DNA of 63,598 nucleotides, counting the filler, from Rhabdomonas costata (Eukaryota): assembly GCA_019059605.1 (NCBI GenBank). It is 49 parts of 49 records of this genome, joined end to end, with 100 filler letters (N's around TTAATTAATTAA, not from the genome) between each part and the next. Parts side by side here need not be neighbours in the genome. Positions count along the whole stretch, not along the records: positions 23,408 to 24,607 come from JAHMHO010023872.1; positions 24,708 to 25,907 come from JAHMHO010023873.1; positions 26,008 to 27,205 come from JAHMHO010023874.1; positions 27,306 to 28,505 come from JAHMHO010023875.1; positions 28,606 to 29,805 come from JAHMHO010023876.1; positions 29,906 to 31,105 come from JAHMHO010023877.1; positions 31,206 to 32,404 come from JAHMHO010023878.1; positions 32,505 to 33,704 come from JAHMHO010023879.1; 41 more parts are not named here. One strand, given 5' to 3'. The position numbers were made by a program, and so were the translations under genes. Shown piece by piece: positions 24,474 to 36,831 of this stretch (the first letter of the stretch is position 1; every line of letters begins with the position of its first letter). The notes beneath the pieces are model-generated. The model was not told the DNA's origin. It saw only the letters and a program-made list of their open reading frames with translations, and ran no database searches.

Positions 24474-24714
24474 ACCAGATAAGGGGCAAACCGCACCAAG
24501 AAAAGGAACCTTCCCTCTCTCCGCCCTGGCCCGTAACTTCCTGCTGCTGGGTGCTGGTCTGTTGCGGAGAGGGAGACGAGAGGAAAGGCTGAGGTGCACC
24601 AACAAACNNNNNNNNNNNNNNNNNNNNNNNNNNNNNNNNNNNNNNNNNNNNTTAATTAATTAANNNNNNNNNNNNNNNNNNNNNNNNNNNNNNNNNNNNN
24701 NNNNNNNGTGGTGG

Positions 24715-25880
24715 GTGTGTTTGGTGTTTTTGGTGCCCGCCGTGGTTGCCCTGGCCACCGTGTTTGCTGTGTTCTGGGTGCTCATCGCTGGTACCGCCAA
24801 CACCGCCATGAGCGAGACGGCAGTTTTGCTGAACAAAGCGTCAGCTGCGAACATCAAGCGCGCGGCCAACGACTACCTGCTGAGCAAAATGGTGATGCTC
24901 GGGTTCCTTCAGCCCATTGCCAACGATTTGGGCGCCTCTCGTCTTACAAGGGTTCTTGCCTCCATCCTTCAAAAGGACACTACGCTGGCCAGCATAGTGG
25001 TGAGCGTTAGTGCTGGAGAGACGGTGGTGGTTGTGCGTGCTGGCAACCACAGTAGCCCCAGCTCGCTTTTAGCAGGAATCTCTCAGAGTAGCGGTGGGAA
25101 CATCACGTTTTGTCACTATAATTCCAATCAGAGCACTGTGACTACTTCTTCGTTCCTCGCGAGTGCGGAGCCTTGGTATGAGGCCGCACAGGTGCAGGAC
25201 GGGTTTGCTCTTACGGGGCCGTGGGCTCATCGAATGGTTGGGACGGAGGAGCTTATTCTCAGCCTTCCCCCTAACAAGGACGACCCCAGCGGTCTCCCTG
25301 TGACCCTCGGGATGGGGTTTCCTGTGGAGGCGCTTTTGGGGACAATGATGGAGGCGTTCAGCGCAGTTCATTCAGCGGGTGCGGTGCTTCTTGTTAACCG
25401 CACGGGAAACGTGCTTTTGAGCTCATGCTCCGGCATTCCTGTGGGCAGGGTTTTTATACCCATGCCATCACCTGTCACATCGGCGGTGGTGGTGCGCAAC
25501 GCAGTCATGCCGGACTTCGGCGAATCCTTTGTTTTGATCTTTGCCATCGGAGGAGCGGAGGATGGCATCGGGGTGGCAGTACCTGGGCACGAGCTTTTTG
25601 GTGTTATGATTGTTCCCCGCTCGAACTACTTCTCAGAGATCGACAAGAAATTGGTTGCGGTGGTTTATATTTGCTCAGCCGTGGTTGCGGCCTTCCTGGC
25701 AGTGAAGGGAGTGTTGTCGTATTTCCTGTTCGTGAAGCCCATTCAGGGGCTGGTCCACCGCTTGATGGATCTGCAGGACGCCCTCCGCAATCGCAGTGCC
25801 CCGCTTCCTGCGGTAGACAAAAGGTCGTGGATAAGGGAGATCTCCACCCTTTCCCATGTCATCGGAGACACCATCCACGC
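24715..25880 (+). CDS. Receptor-type sensor protein (TM, dCache-like ectodomain, TM, HAMP), probably an adenylate/guanylate cyclase N-terminal region (partial)
   Basis: Open for about 390 codons. It has an N-terminal TM, an EPWYEAA...GPW dCache-like motif, VIVPRSNYFSEID-type juxtamembrane sequence, a second TM, then KPIQGLVHRLMDL...SWIREISTL (HAMP-like). The catalytic domain is not in the contig. Confidence 0.7.
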
Positions 25881-28800
25881 TCCTCCGATGGCAAAGACCA
25901 AAACAAANNNNNNNNNNNNNNNNNNNNNNNNNNNNNNNNNNNNNNNNNNNNTTAATTAATTAANNNNNNNNNNNNNNNNNNNNNNNNNNNNNNNNNNNNN
26001 NNNNNNNGGGGTTGTTGTGGAGCGGAGGCATACGTGCCAACCACAGCTTCAGTTGCAGGAGTACCATGAAAAGAAACCACTGTCCATGCCATCACCATCC
26101 CCCCCCCGCCTCACATTCACAACATCCTCCGATGGCCCCAAAAAGCTGCGCAGAGGATGGAAAAACCAGCTCTGGGCAGCAGTTAGGCTGCCGGGGCAAC
26201 CAATTCCCAGTCCGAAAGCACTATGGAGACTGAAGACGCGCACGTGTGCTCCGCTCCACGCCAAAAGTGAAAGCTCATCCAAACAAGCAAGCACAAGCAA
26301 AAAAAACGGGTGCCAGGTACAGTGAATTATCACGGGACAAGGCAAGTATTGTGTGCTCGAACTCGAATTATTTTTATCGGACTTAGGTACAGTAGTTGTT
26401 GATAGTTTCCGCAGTGATGGTTTGTCAACTATCCAGCTTGGCGGTGGCACTCGGAAGGACCACTGGTTCCCCCCCAAATCCTGCAAAACGCTTTTCGAAA
26501 TTCAGGGAAGCGCTTCGGGGACCCCCAGTAAGACTGGAAGTTGCAAGTTTGAACTTGAGCCGGGTATTCCACATTTCATAAAACCCTTGCACCAAAAAGT
26601 GGGTTCCGGCGTCCACAGCGATATGTCAGTCAGGCAAATGTGGACGAGGTTGCGGAGAATGAGACGACGCCGACCACCTCGGGAGTGCCCTTTCCTTGGG
26701 GAAAGGGAAGGCGAAAAGCACAACCCCAAAACCTGGGGTTATGCGTTTGGCCGAACGAACGCTGTTGTATTTGAGGGGCATAATGCAATCCCCAATAAAC
26801 TTTTTGTTTGCAAAACCATCGGAAAAAAGAAGAGACCCCACCCCAAAATATTCTTGTCCCGAACGAAGTCCAATTCGGTCCAAAAGTCGATATGTCGAGA
26901 AGGAAGAACAAAGAGCACGAGCAAACGAGGAGGAGAGCAGCAACTGGAGTGGGTGGTGCGGGTTGCAGCCTTCCCATACATCGGCACACTGCCCGTGCAG
27001 TGGGATTTACAATGCACCCCCAAGACGGCGCACAGCTCGTCCATAGGCCCGTCAAAAGGTCGGGCGTGGGGGCGTCGTCACGGTTGAAGGCCCACTCTAT
27101 ATCTGGGGGCTCGGATTTCACAGACCAGCCCAAGTGGCGATCATACTGCATCACAGCAGACCCCCCGCGTTGCTGGTACTGTGGGTGGCCTGGGGACCAC
27201 CCCACNNNNNNNNNNNNNNNNNNNNNNNNNNNNNNNNNNNNNNNNNNNNTTAATTAATTAANNNNNNNNNNNNNNNNNNNNNNNNNNNNNNNNNNNNNNN
27301 NNNNNGGGGGAATGCCGGAGTACAAACCCATTCGCCATCGGGGGCACAGGGGAACTACAGTATTGTGTTTTCACAGATGAACCGAAAAGTTTGCATCGGA
27401 TGTCGGAACACTTTAAAAATGCAATAAAAACGTTCAAAAACTTTCGGTGGGTCTGCCTATCAAGGTTTTTGATGTCTGTGTTTCTCAAGGTCGACCTCGG
27501 AGCGGCTGCCTGAAGGTAAGGCCGGCACGCCCCCGCCCACGGCATACTCCCCGCAGTACGCATTTGGGCGGCAGAGCCACCCTGCCTCTGTACCCTTCCG
27601 GTACGCTTGCGTGCAAAACAGATGGGTTTCCCAAATGCCTCATTGATCTACGCCTATCGAAAAGATTACTCATTTCGTTGGTTTATGTTCCATTTATGCC
27701 TCGTTCGGGCTCCTGTTTCACGCATCTATTTTTATCTGGAACCCTTATCTGCTTCTTTTATGCTGTTTGATACACACATACTGACCTTGAACGGGAGGTT
27801 TGGTTGAACGAGTGTTGGTGTAATTACCAGTGTGGGTTTCTGGTCCCTCCCTCAACATGCTACCGCATTGTTTGGCGATGCTGGGATGGGGGAACCTGCA
27901 ACACCAGCCTGTCGACAATAGGTGTGAAGCAGGTGTGAATGGATTTCATGGGTTTACATCGGTCCAGAGTCTACGCTTGTCATGGATACATGTGCCGTAT
28001 ATTTCCGAAATGATGTAAACTTTTGTCTTTTTCCGTGGTGTTTGCACTTTTGTCTCACTCAAACGCGCACACAAGGCGAGAGAAATGGACGTTAGGAACG
28101 GCATCATCGAAGCAAAAGTGCACAGGACAGCAGTGGTACAAAGCGTATATGATTTTTTGGCATACGTCCGCACCGCACCGTGTGACTGATATCCAGGGAC
28201 AACGTGTGCACAGCAGTATATAGGGCATACCTTCAGCACTGAACCTTTGTCTAGGGAACGTGTGAATCGCCCTCTAACCCCCTGCGAGATCAAATATCTT
28301 GTCCTCGGGGACACGTGCATCGCTTCCTAATCCCCCACCCAGGATCTTGGGCTGCGGAGCGCTGCGCGGCCCAAGATCAAAAATCAGTCCATTAGTGGGG
28401 AACCTGGCAAAGTATACCTAACCCCCTGCTTCTAAAGAACCTGTCCTAGGGGGAACCTGGCAGAGTATACCTAACCCCATGCACAACAGCCGGCACTCTA
28501 AGACGNNNNNNNNNNNNNNNNNNNNNNNNNNNNNNNNNNNNNNNNNNNNTTAATTAATTAANNNNNNNNNNNNNNNNNNNNNNNNNNNNNNNNNNNNNNN
28601 NNNNNAGGGGGTAGGACTGCTGCCCTTGTGTGTAGCGACATGGGTTGTTTGTTGTTTGGTTTGGGGTTTCTGAGGAGCAGTCAAGAAAACTTCGATCGCT
28701 GCCTTTGGGAGCAGCAGGAAAGGTTGTCATTCCTCTGGAGCTCTTGGTCTTAAATTGAGTGCCCAGTTTGGGTTTGACTGCGGTTTTGGAGCCCCCTGTC

Positions 28801-29043
28801 TCTCTTCGCCTGGCCCTGAATCAAAGAAGACTCGGGCAGTGCTCCGTGAAAAGCAAATTTGCCCCCACTCTTCTATCATCTTGTGTGTTCACTTGTATGA
28901 TTCTGAAGGACTGCGAATGTAAGGACCGTGTTCTGGACATACGACGATGTCCTGCTGTGGTAGCCCACCCCCGGTGAGGACCTGATTGCACAACTGTGTA
29001 GCATCGGCTGCGACCTCGTGCCACATATGCTTGTGCGGTGCAG

Positions 29044-29181
29044 GAGGACTCCTCGGAGCGCCACCCGCCGGTGTTCAGTGAGGTCCTGGGCATACATATG
29101 AGCTTTTACGCGATGCGCAGGGCGATCCTGGCCTTCTCGAAGTACGTGCCGCGGAAGCTGGTGCAGCAGTTGCTGGCCCAG
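29044..29181 (+). CDS. Exon, HAMP end plus signalling helix of a class III nucleotidyl cyclase
   Basis: cag|EDSSERHPPVFSEVLGIHMSFYAMRRAILAFSKYVPRKLVQQLLAQ|gt, 46 codons. F.KYVP..LV..L typically precedes the cyclase domain. Confidence 0.75.
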
Positions 29182-30067
29182 GTCCATGTTTTGTTGTGAG
29201 CGCCTGGATCCGGTCGAACGGTAAGAGAGAGAGAGAAGAGGGCATTCCATTGAAAGGTTCTCGATTCCAGCTCGATGATATGTTCCAACTCAGTCAAGCA
29301 CCTCAATTTGCAACTGTTTTGAGGGCTTTTTTGACAGTGCACTGCTATCTGGGTTAGTCCTGAGTCGCTTGATGCAGGTCCCGTTTAGGGCACGGCAATC
29401 GGTCGGCTGTAATCGGCCGGCTGCCGCTGGGACGGAGGCGGGGTCATGCTGTTGCCCTTCCTCTTTTGCCACTGCATTTCATGCCCTTCCCTCGAAGATT
29501 TTCTGTGAGCAGCATTCCTACAATGCCACTGAGACGATGCGATCATTTACTTCACCCCCCACGAACGTTTTGCATTACCTCACATCTTGCATCTTGGGTC
29601 ACTTTTGTGCGATGATCGCTGTAAAGCTCATGATGTTGAGGTAGAACACCGAACACGTGGTTGCGTAATTATGCGTTGTCAAGTTGTAATGTTTTCAAAC
29701 GGAAGGTCTGCCCTCCTCTTATTATCGTATATCCTTTGCCTTGGTGTTTTTGCAGAACAGCACCGGGCTCATCCCCAGAGAGACGGTGCTGTTCTACAAA
29801 AACAANNNNNNNNNNNNNNNNNNNNNNNNNNNNNNNNNNNNNNNNNNNNTTAATTAATTAANNNNNNNNNNNNNNNNNNNNNNNNNNNNNNNNNNNNNNN
29901 NNNNNGGTTGCCATCGCGATCGCCCAGACGATCAAAGAAGGGCATCCTTTCTTTTCACGTTTGGCGCTACACACAGGCCCTTCTTCAGATCAGTTTATGG
30001 GGTAACTGGGTCCCCTTTCTTCCGCATACACGAAGCCCAAAAAAAACCTCTTGCCTTTCTTTTGCAG

Positions 30068-31086
30068 CCCAGAGCAAGAGGGCCGGAAGAACCTCCTGGC
30101 GCTTTGCGGGGCAGATGGCAGCGTGCAGGCGTGGCACCTCACCAGTACGCGGTGCCTGGCCAAGACCAATATTCCGGAGTGTGCGATGCTGTCTCTGGAC
30201 TACCGCAGTGACGGCGCCGCGCTGGCCGTCGGAGGTCCACCCCTCCCCCTTCGTGTGCTGAGGTAGCACATTGCATGGCCGTATTCAAACTCAAAAGTTA
30301 GAATTGTAAACATCCTGATCCATGAAAATTGTCAACACCCATGAACAAATCGGGCAGTAAAAAGGGTCATTTCAGTTCGTTATCATTTTCTGGTTTTTTG
30401 TGGACTTTTCTCACTTCTGAATGACAGCGGACAAGATGTAGGCCGATATGGGGGGTCATTCAGCTCATTGGCATTCGTTTCCATGGCAGATTTGCAGGTA
30501 TAAGCAGAGGGATGTAAACTCCGGGCGTTATCCTAAACTGGTGAGTGCACAATGGGGTTGTGGAAAAGTGCTGAAAGAGAGAGCGCGCATTTTTATATGG
30601 GTCGCGAAGTGCTTTCAAGGACATTAAAACTCGCGGCATAGCACCAACCTTACCCTGCCTGGCTACCAAAACTGGCTAGTTCCCGACCAGGGATTAATGG
30701 GGGCAAGGGGACCTCGAGCGCGTTTCAGAAATCGGAAGTTACCGGTGCTTTGCGGGAGGATTGCCCAAAGACGCTCTTCTCTTCCTGGGTCTTGGATTTT
30801 TGGATTTTTCTTGGTTTTTTCTTGGATTTTGCTGACAGTTTTTGTCACGATGGGATGGGGTAGAGCTTTTACCGACTTTCAGTGCACTAAGGTCGCATTA
30901 CTGCAAAAATTTCATATAGTTTCCCCCTTTTGATTCTGTTGACTTTTCCTACAGGACAGGACCATGTAGTGCGCATCTTCGACTCTGCCAGGCACCAGGT
31001 GTCGCAGGAGTTGAAGCCCAGCGAGGAAGACGGCAACACCACCGGCCACAGTGGGCGAGTGTGTGCCGTGAAGTGGCACCCCACAG
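30068..31086 (+). CDS. WD40-repeat protein, two exons (partial)
   Basis: Exons 30068-30234 and 30955-31086 in frame across GT-AG: ...CGADGSVQAWHL...SLDYRSDGAALAVGG/QDHVVRIFD...GHSGRVCAVKWHP. Confidence 0.85.
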
Positions 31087-34000
31087 GTCGCTGCCCCCCC
31101 CCCACNNNNNNNNNNNNNNNNNNNNNNNNNNNNNNNNNNNNNNNNNNNNTTAATTAATTAANNNNNNNNNNNNNNNNNNNNNNNNNNNNNNNNNNNNNNN
31201 NNNNNGGTTGGGGATGTCAGGGCTAGGGGTGTATGGTGTAAGGTATCAGCATGACTATAGGGGGGATAAAGATGCCTCTAGGGATGTTTCTTTCCGGTCG
31301 GGATGCCTCCACTGCGTTCCGTCATCCCTCCCTAAGCATGATGCCTCGGTCGTTCCACCACCCTAAGGTGCTTCCACTCCCTCGATGCCTTCACCTTGAT
31401 GCCTTAACCCTCATGCCTTTATGCTTCCTACCGCTGGTGCATTCCTACCGCAGGTGCCTTGATGCTTCCTGCCTAGGTCATGCCTTCGTCCCTCAGACAT
31501 GCCCTCGATCCCCGATGCCTGACTCCGATGCAATGACATCCTCGACTTGGGGGCACTCTACCCTTCACTACTACGGCATGGCTCTAAGGGGTGTAAGAAT
31601 GCCTCTTGGGTTCCTGGGGGCATTTTGTGTTCTTGCCGGTCGTGAGATCCCTCCACTGCGTTCCGGTCTCTCACTCCCTAGATGCAGTGGTTCACTCGCT
31701 CCCCACCCTAAGGTGGTACGCTCATTCACCCTGAGGTATCTTCTTCGTGTGGCTACGCCCGGTCGGAGCACCCTGTAAGCGTCTTATGACGGTGGAAGGA
31801 TGCGTAGAGACAGGTGGGGTTAAAGATGGGGTATTGGGGGTTCTTGATGTCGGTCAGTCGATGCCTTGCATCTCCTTCCCTCCTAAATGCAGATGTTCGC
31901 TCCCCGGCATAAGCCGGTACGCTCACCTGATACCCCACAGGCGCCACGGGCAAGGCCCAAACCCCTTCGCTGGAACCATTTCTCCTGCAGGCCGCAAGAG
32001 AAAATACGGAAACCCAATGGAAAAATGGAAGCAACAAAATGCCTCAGTTTTATCTTACCGTATATTTAAATTTTAGAAACCTCTCTACGACACCGCGACC
32101 AAAAAGGAGCAACCCACCGCCCGTACTCTCTCACGTGCAGAAACCTGAAGGTCTACGTTGGGCTTCGCGGAGAGCAGGGCCTCGAAGGCCTCCGCCCACT
32201 TCTTCTCCAGGGCGAGGTGAAGTGCAGTCTTGCCCGAAGAGTCCTGTAACAGGGAGTCGTCCACAAAGGCGTGCAGGTGTATGAACGCAGAACGAAACCG
32301 AAAGCTTTTAGCTCACACAATACCTTACAACACGTTTCCCCAAAAGATCAGCCGCGACACTCTCTCCACTATCCAAGTCTAGAAGGGCGACAGTTCCGTA
32401 GAAANNNNNNNNNNNNNNNNNNNNNNNNNNNNNNNNNNNNNNNNNNNNTTAATTAATTAANNNNNNNNNNNNNNNNNNNNNNNNNNNNNNNNNNNNNNNN
32501 NNNNCCCGCGAGTTCTTCGAGCACCTTGCAATGTACTGCAGTGAAAAATGCTACTCAGGTGCACACCCTCCTCTTTTGGGTGTCCCCTTCCCTCCCTACT
32601 CCCCATAGAGCTCTTTCGGGATGCCCAGGAGAGGCTTCAAAGGCACGTCGCAGTGGGGCGGAAGCTGTGCGACCATGTCGCTCTGTTCAAGGCATTCACC
32701 ATCCGCACTCCATCACCTTCCCCCACAAAATGGGTTCCGAAAAGGGGCGAAAAGGGGCATCTAATTGTAACGATCAGCTGATGGAAAACCTTCACGCAAA
32801 AAAAAAAGCAAAATGAGTTGAAACGGGACCCTGGCAAGTCCGACGTTAAGCTTCCGATTTTTTTTGGTTTGAGGCTTTTGCTGGAGCAATTACACAGGCT
32901 CGCAGTCTGGTAGCCACAGCTGAAGCAGCAAGTGAAGTGCAAGGAGAGTGGATTTCATTCTTTTCTTTACGAGAATAACCGCGAGCAGAGAACCCACCGG
33001 ATGGGCAGAAAAAGGTAGCTCAACTGACGAGGGTGAGGGAGGCAGGGGAGACTGGTCAAGGGGCGAGCCGCAGCAACAGAAGCAACCAGCATCACGGCCC
33101 CACACACGGCAGCCTCAATGGTGCGGGATTTCAGCTGCGGCAGCATGGGGAAAGGCGTGAAGCTTCCGTTCACCGCACCCAGCCTCACCGCTGCAAAAGC
33201 CTCGTTGGAGCCCAACACGGGACGCTCCTCCAGAGCCTTTACCGTCGCCTTTGTTTTTTTCAAGGGAAGCCACAACTTCAACGTCACTCTAACGCCTCGA
33301 CATCGGGGCGATGCAAACAATAGTCAATGTGCACCAGAATCTGCAAAAATCAGCTTGTTCAGCCATGGAAACCAAGGAAACCAACGCTGAGGGCTCTCGG
33401 TAGTTGACGGTTGAAAGTGGAGTATTGGTGAGGATGCCAGCTTCCTTCTCGATCAGATGCGGCAAACCAAATACAATTCACCATCTTCCCTGACAGTACA
33501 AGGCGGGCAGCTCTTGCTCTCACATGCATGCCTTGGGTGATCGGAAGCGGTGCAAGAAGGGGTATTCAAACATGTCGTTCCACACCACAGCGACGCGGCT
33601 CTTGCTGAGTATTTTCAACTTGTGCCGCAGAGACACTCCCAGAGCCTGCGGGTGACCGAGCGTGCGGGCGTTTCTTCACCGCAACTTCCTCGCCACAACA
33701 AACCNNNNNNNNNNNNNNNNNNNNNNNNNNNNNNNNNNNNNNNNNNNNTTAATTAATTAANNNNNNNNNNNNNNNNNNNNNNNNNNNNNNNNNNNNNNNN
33801 NNNNTGTTGTGGGTGACAAAAAGATCTGTGACCTTGGCCTGTCATGCTGATGTCCTCCTCAAGGTGGCGTGCAAGGCCAAGGTCACAGATCTTTTTGTCA
33901 CCCACACGTCAGCCATCGGTGGAGTGATATGCACATTTCGAATGGTCAATAGGATCATCAACGTCATCCAGGGAAACAGGGATAGCGCATGCCCGTTGCA

Positions 34001-35683
34001 GACAAAAAGTGAGGAGGTGGGGGGAAGGGGATGAAAACGCCAGTTGTGAGAGAAGGACGAGGCGAGTACAGTAGAGGAAATTCAACAGATATCAGCTTTT
34101 TCATCGAGAATCGCTGTGGTTTGAGAAAACAAAACGTCAATTAACAGACTATATCAATGATGAACCCTGAAATTCACCTAGCAATGCAACCCGTGCCAAA
34201 AGCAGAGCATGTTGAGAAGAGAAGAAGCAGGAACTCTCACCAGAACGAGTTATTCGCGAGTTGCCCGCACACCCGAACTTCGCAATTGGGACCCACGAGG
34301 ATGTTCTGCGGCTTCAAGTCGCGGTGCAAAATTCCACCCTGAAAGGAGGCCAGCATGGAGAAGCAAGGTGCTGAGTCTAGAGGTGTGTTAGATGTGAGGT
34401 CACACAACATCACGGAGAGCCTGCAAAGCCATGAAAAGCTGGCGAGAGATAAGGAGAAGACAAACCTATGTAAATCCCCCTCCAGGATTGAGGATAAGGC
34501 AAACTAAGCTGAATCAAACAAACCTGCCGGCAGATGGTGCCAAGCTGAAGTGTCTGGTCCTCTCAATATCTGTTTTATATTCCGACTCCCTCCGAAGAAT
34601 GCACAATCTTTGTCTCAGCAGCAGCAGTGCATGAATCGCATTCCGCCAACAAAAAAAGGCTGAAAAAGATGCTTCTTGACGCAATATCGTGGGAGCAGCT
34701 TTTAGGTGTGATCAGTGCATATTCTTGAGAGTAGACGGCCGTGGCAGAGCGTGACAGAGCCCTGGCACAGCCCCGCACAGAAGTTTGCTTTCCTCTCTGG
34801 TCTCCCTTCCTGGGCAGCACCGACTATTTAACTGGTTAAAAGCAGTCAAGCTGGTGTCAGACGAAAAGACAGCCGCGGTCACTGCGACAAAAGTGTAGAG
34901 GATAGTTGTCTTCAGAGGAAGTTTTGTATTCGCATAAGTGCCCTTCTGAAGGCTCAGCAATATTAAAGATGAAACTCTGTGTGGGGGGGGGGGAACTCAC
35001 AAAANNNNNNNNNNNNNNNNNNNNNNNNNNNNNNNNNNNNNNNNNNNNTTAATTAATTAANNNNNNNNNNNNNNNNNNNNNNNNNNNNNNNNNNNNNNNN
35101 NNNNTGTGTTGGGGGGTTTGGTGTAGGACACAGGTTAGGGCGGTGGAATTCTCTTCTCTCTCTTTCTCATTTCTTTCTTTCCTTTTGGCATGAATGGCTC
35201 TCCGCTTGAGATATGCCGTTTGGTCGCATTAAGCACAGTAGTCTGCGACCGTTGTTTCGCTTTGGTTCGTTGCATCTCTATCTCATTCCCCCGAGTTCGA
35301 GGACCTTATCTGGAAGTGGCTGAAAGATGATGTCTCATTTTACGGGATTTGTCCATTCCAACTGGATTCCAACCAATTTTGGACCCATTTTAGAGGAGAG
35401 CGCTCCACAAAAAAAGCGTCTCTGAGAAGTCCAAGCTCAGCTTTGTAACTGGGTTACAGCACCCGGTTCACAACCCGAGAACCAGCCCCAACCAGGCACA
35501 CAGACACGAGAACCAGTCAAAACCCGATCGAGACCAAGCCACGCAAAAGCCAGTCGAAAAGTTCGTCCGTCCAAACAGAGTAGCAAAGAAAATGGCAGTG
35601 GAGCAGAGCCTCCCGAACTTTTCCAAAGCTGACGGTACGCGAAAAGGAGGGGTACAGGGGTGCGCAAGTACGCAAGTACGTGC

Positions 35684-35882
35684 CTTTAGCCCCGGACATA
35701 GGTGGCGGTGCAGCAGCCTGGTCATGAGTAGCCCTAGCCCAGCCATTCCCGCGGCACCGTACGGAATGTGCAGCCACTGCTCGGCGGAACCCTCGGGGGT
35801 CCATGGCCAGCCCACCGGCCGAGTACCACCCAACTCAGGGCCAGGGCCAGGACCCACAAACAGCTCACGCCGAAGGGCTTCG
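35684..35882 (-). CDS. Probable internal exon of an unknown membrane protein
   Basis: ttccag|..EALRRELFVGPG...QWLHIPYGAAGMAGLGLLMTRLLHRHLCPGLK|gcacgt. Confidence 0.4.
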
Positions 35883-36475
35883 CTGGAAAGCGCATACACT
35901 CGGGGAACAGGCCTCAGTCGCTCACAGATGGAGACCTGTGGAAAAGTGGGAGGGGATGCAATCTGCTAATCGTATGCGGGCAAGCCCGCCGATTGCACGG
36001 CAACACCATGGCAGAGATCCAATGCAAGTCAATCGGTTCAGCGTTAGCGTTAGCGGCAATATTAATACCTGCTCATCCAACCACGAGCAACTCCTAACGG
36101 GTACCTGACTATATGAAGAAAAAGAGCCAAAGCGAAGGAGAACGAGAGAATGCACGAGAAAGTGAGAGAGAGAGAGACGCAGCCATCGACAAAGCCAGAC
36201 TTAACTTAAGGCTTGCACCAGGAAAATAAAAACAACTGCTTCTGAGGAACAGAAAGCCTGATTAGCCCATCCCAAATCCAATTCTTCCCTCTAACCAACC
36301 CACCNNNNNNNNNNNNNNNNNNNNNNNNNNNNNNNNNNNNNNNNNNNNTTAATTAATTAANNNNNNNNNNNNNNNNNNNNNNNNNNNNNNNNNNNNNNNN
36401 NNNNGTTGGGTTGGTTAGATGGTCTGTGAAAGGCGTGTCCGGAGTGGACGGAGGGAGGGGACTGGCTGGCAAATG

Positions 36476-36831
36476 TTACCCCTTCAAACAACTCCACAGA
36501 CGGGCCAGGCCCCCCGTGTAATGTGGGGCGCCGTACCGATGTGAAGGGATACCGAGCCCCCCTTTCTCTTGTACGAGAAATGTCTCCAGCATCTTCCGGT
36601 GCCGGGCTCCGTTCACAGTCACGGTCTTACCCTGGACTGGAAGAAATAGGGGCCGATGATGCCCTGTGTATTCAGACCGCAACGTGTGGGTACTCTTGGT
36701 CTTGCTCCACCGATGCTCCTCGCCCCGCACCCAACAGTACTGCTTCTTAACACGCCCATTTTATAAAAATTTGCATCATCGCCAACGAGCAGATGCCGCT
36801 GGAAGCAGGGACAGCTCCAAATGCCCAGCAA
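36476..36831 (-). mobile_element. Degenerate Tc1/mariner-superfamily transposase remnant (frameshifted)
   Basis: Collinear pieces in shifting frames: LLVGDDANFY (FSDEAHF), NGRVKKQYCWVRGEEH (NG.VNKQN.R.WG.ENP), CGLNTQGIIGPYFF, GKTVTVNGARHRKMLETFL, YGAPHYT (DGAP.H). Confidence 0.8.

Noticed and set aside
28397-28478. Two 29-nt repeats with a 24-nt spacer as a mini CRISPR
   Set aside because: Only two good copies, the spacers resemble neighbouring units, there are no cas genes, and the context is eukaryotic.
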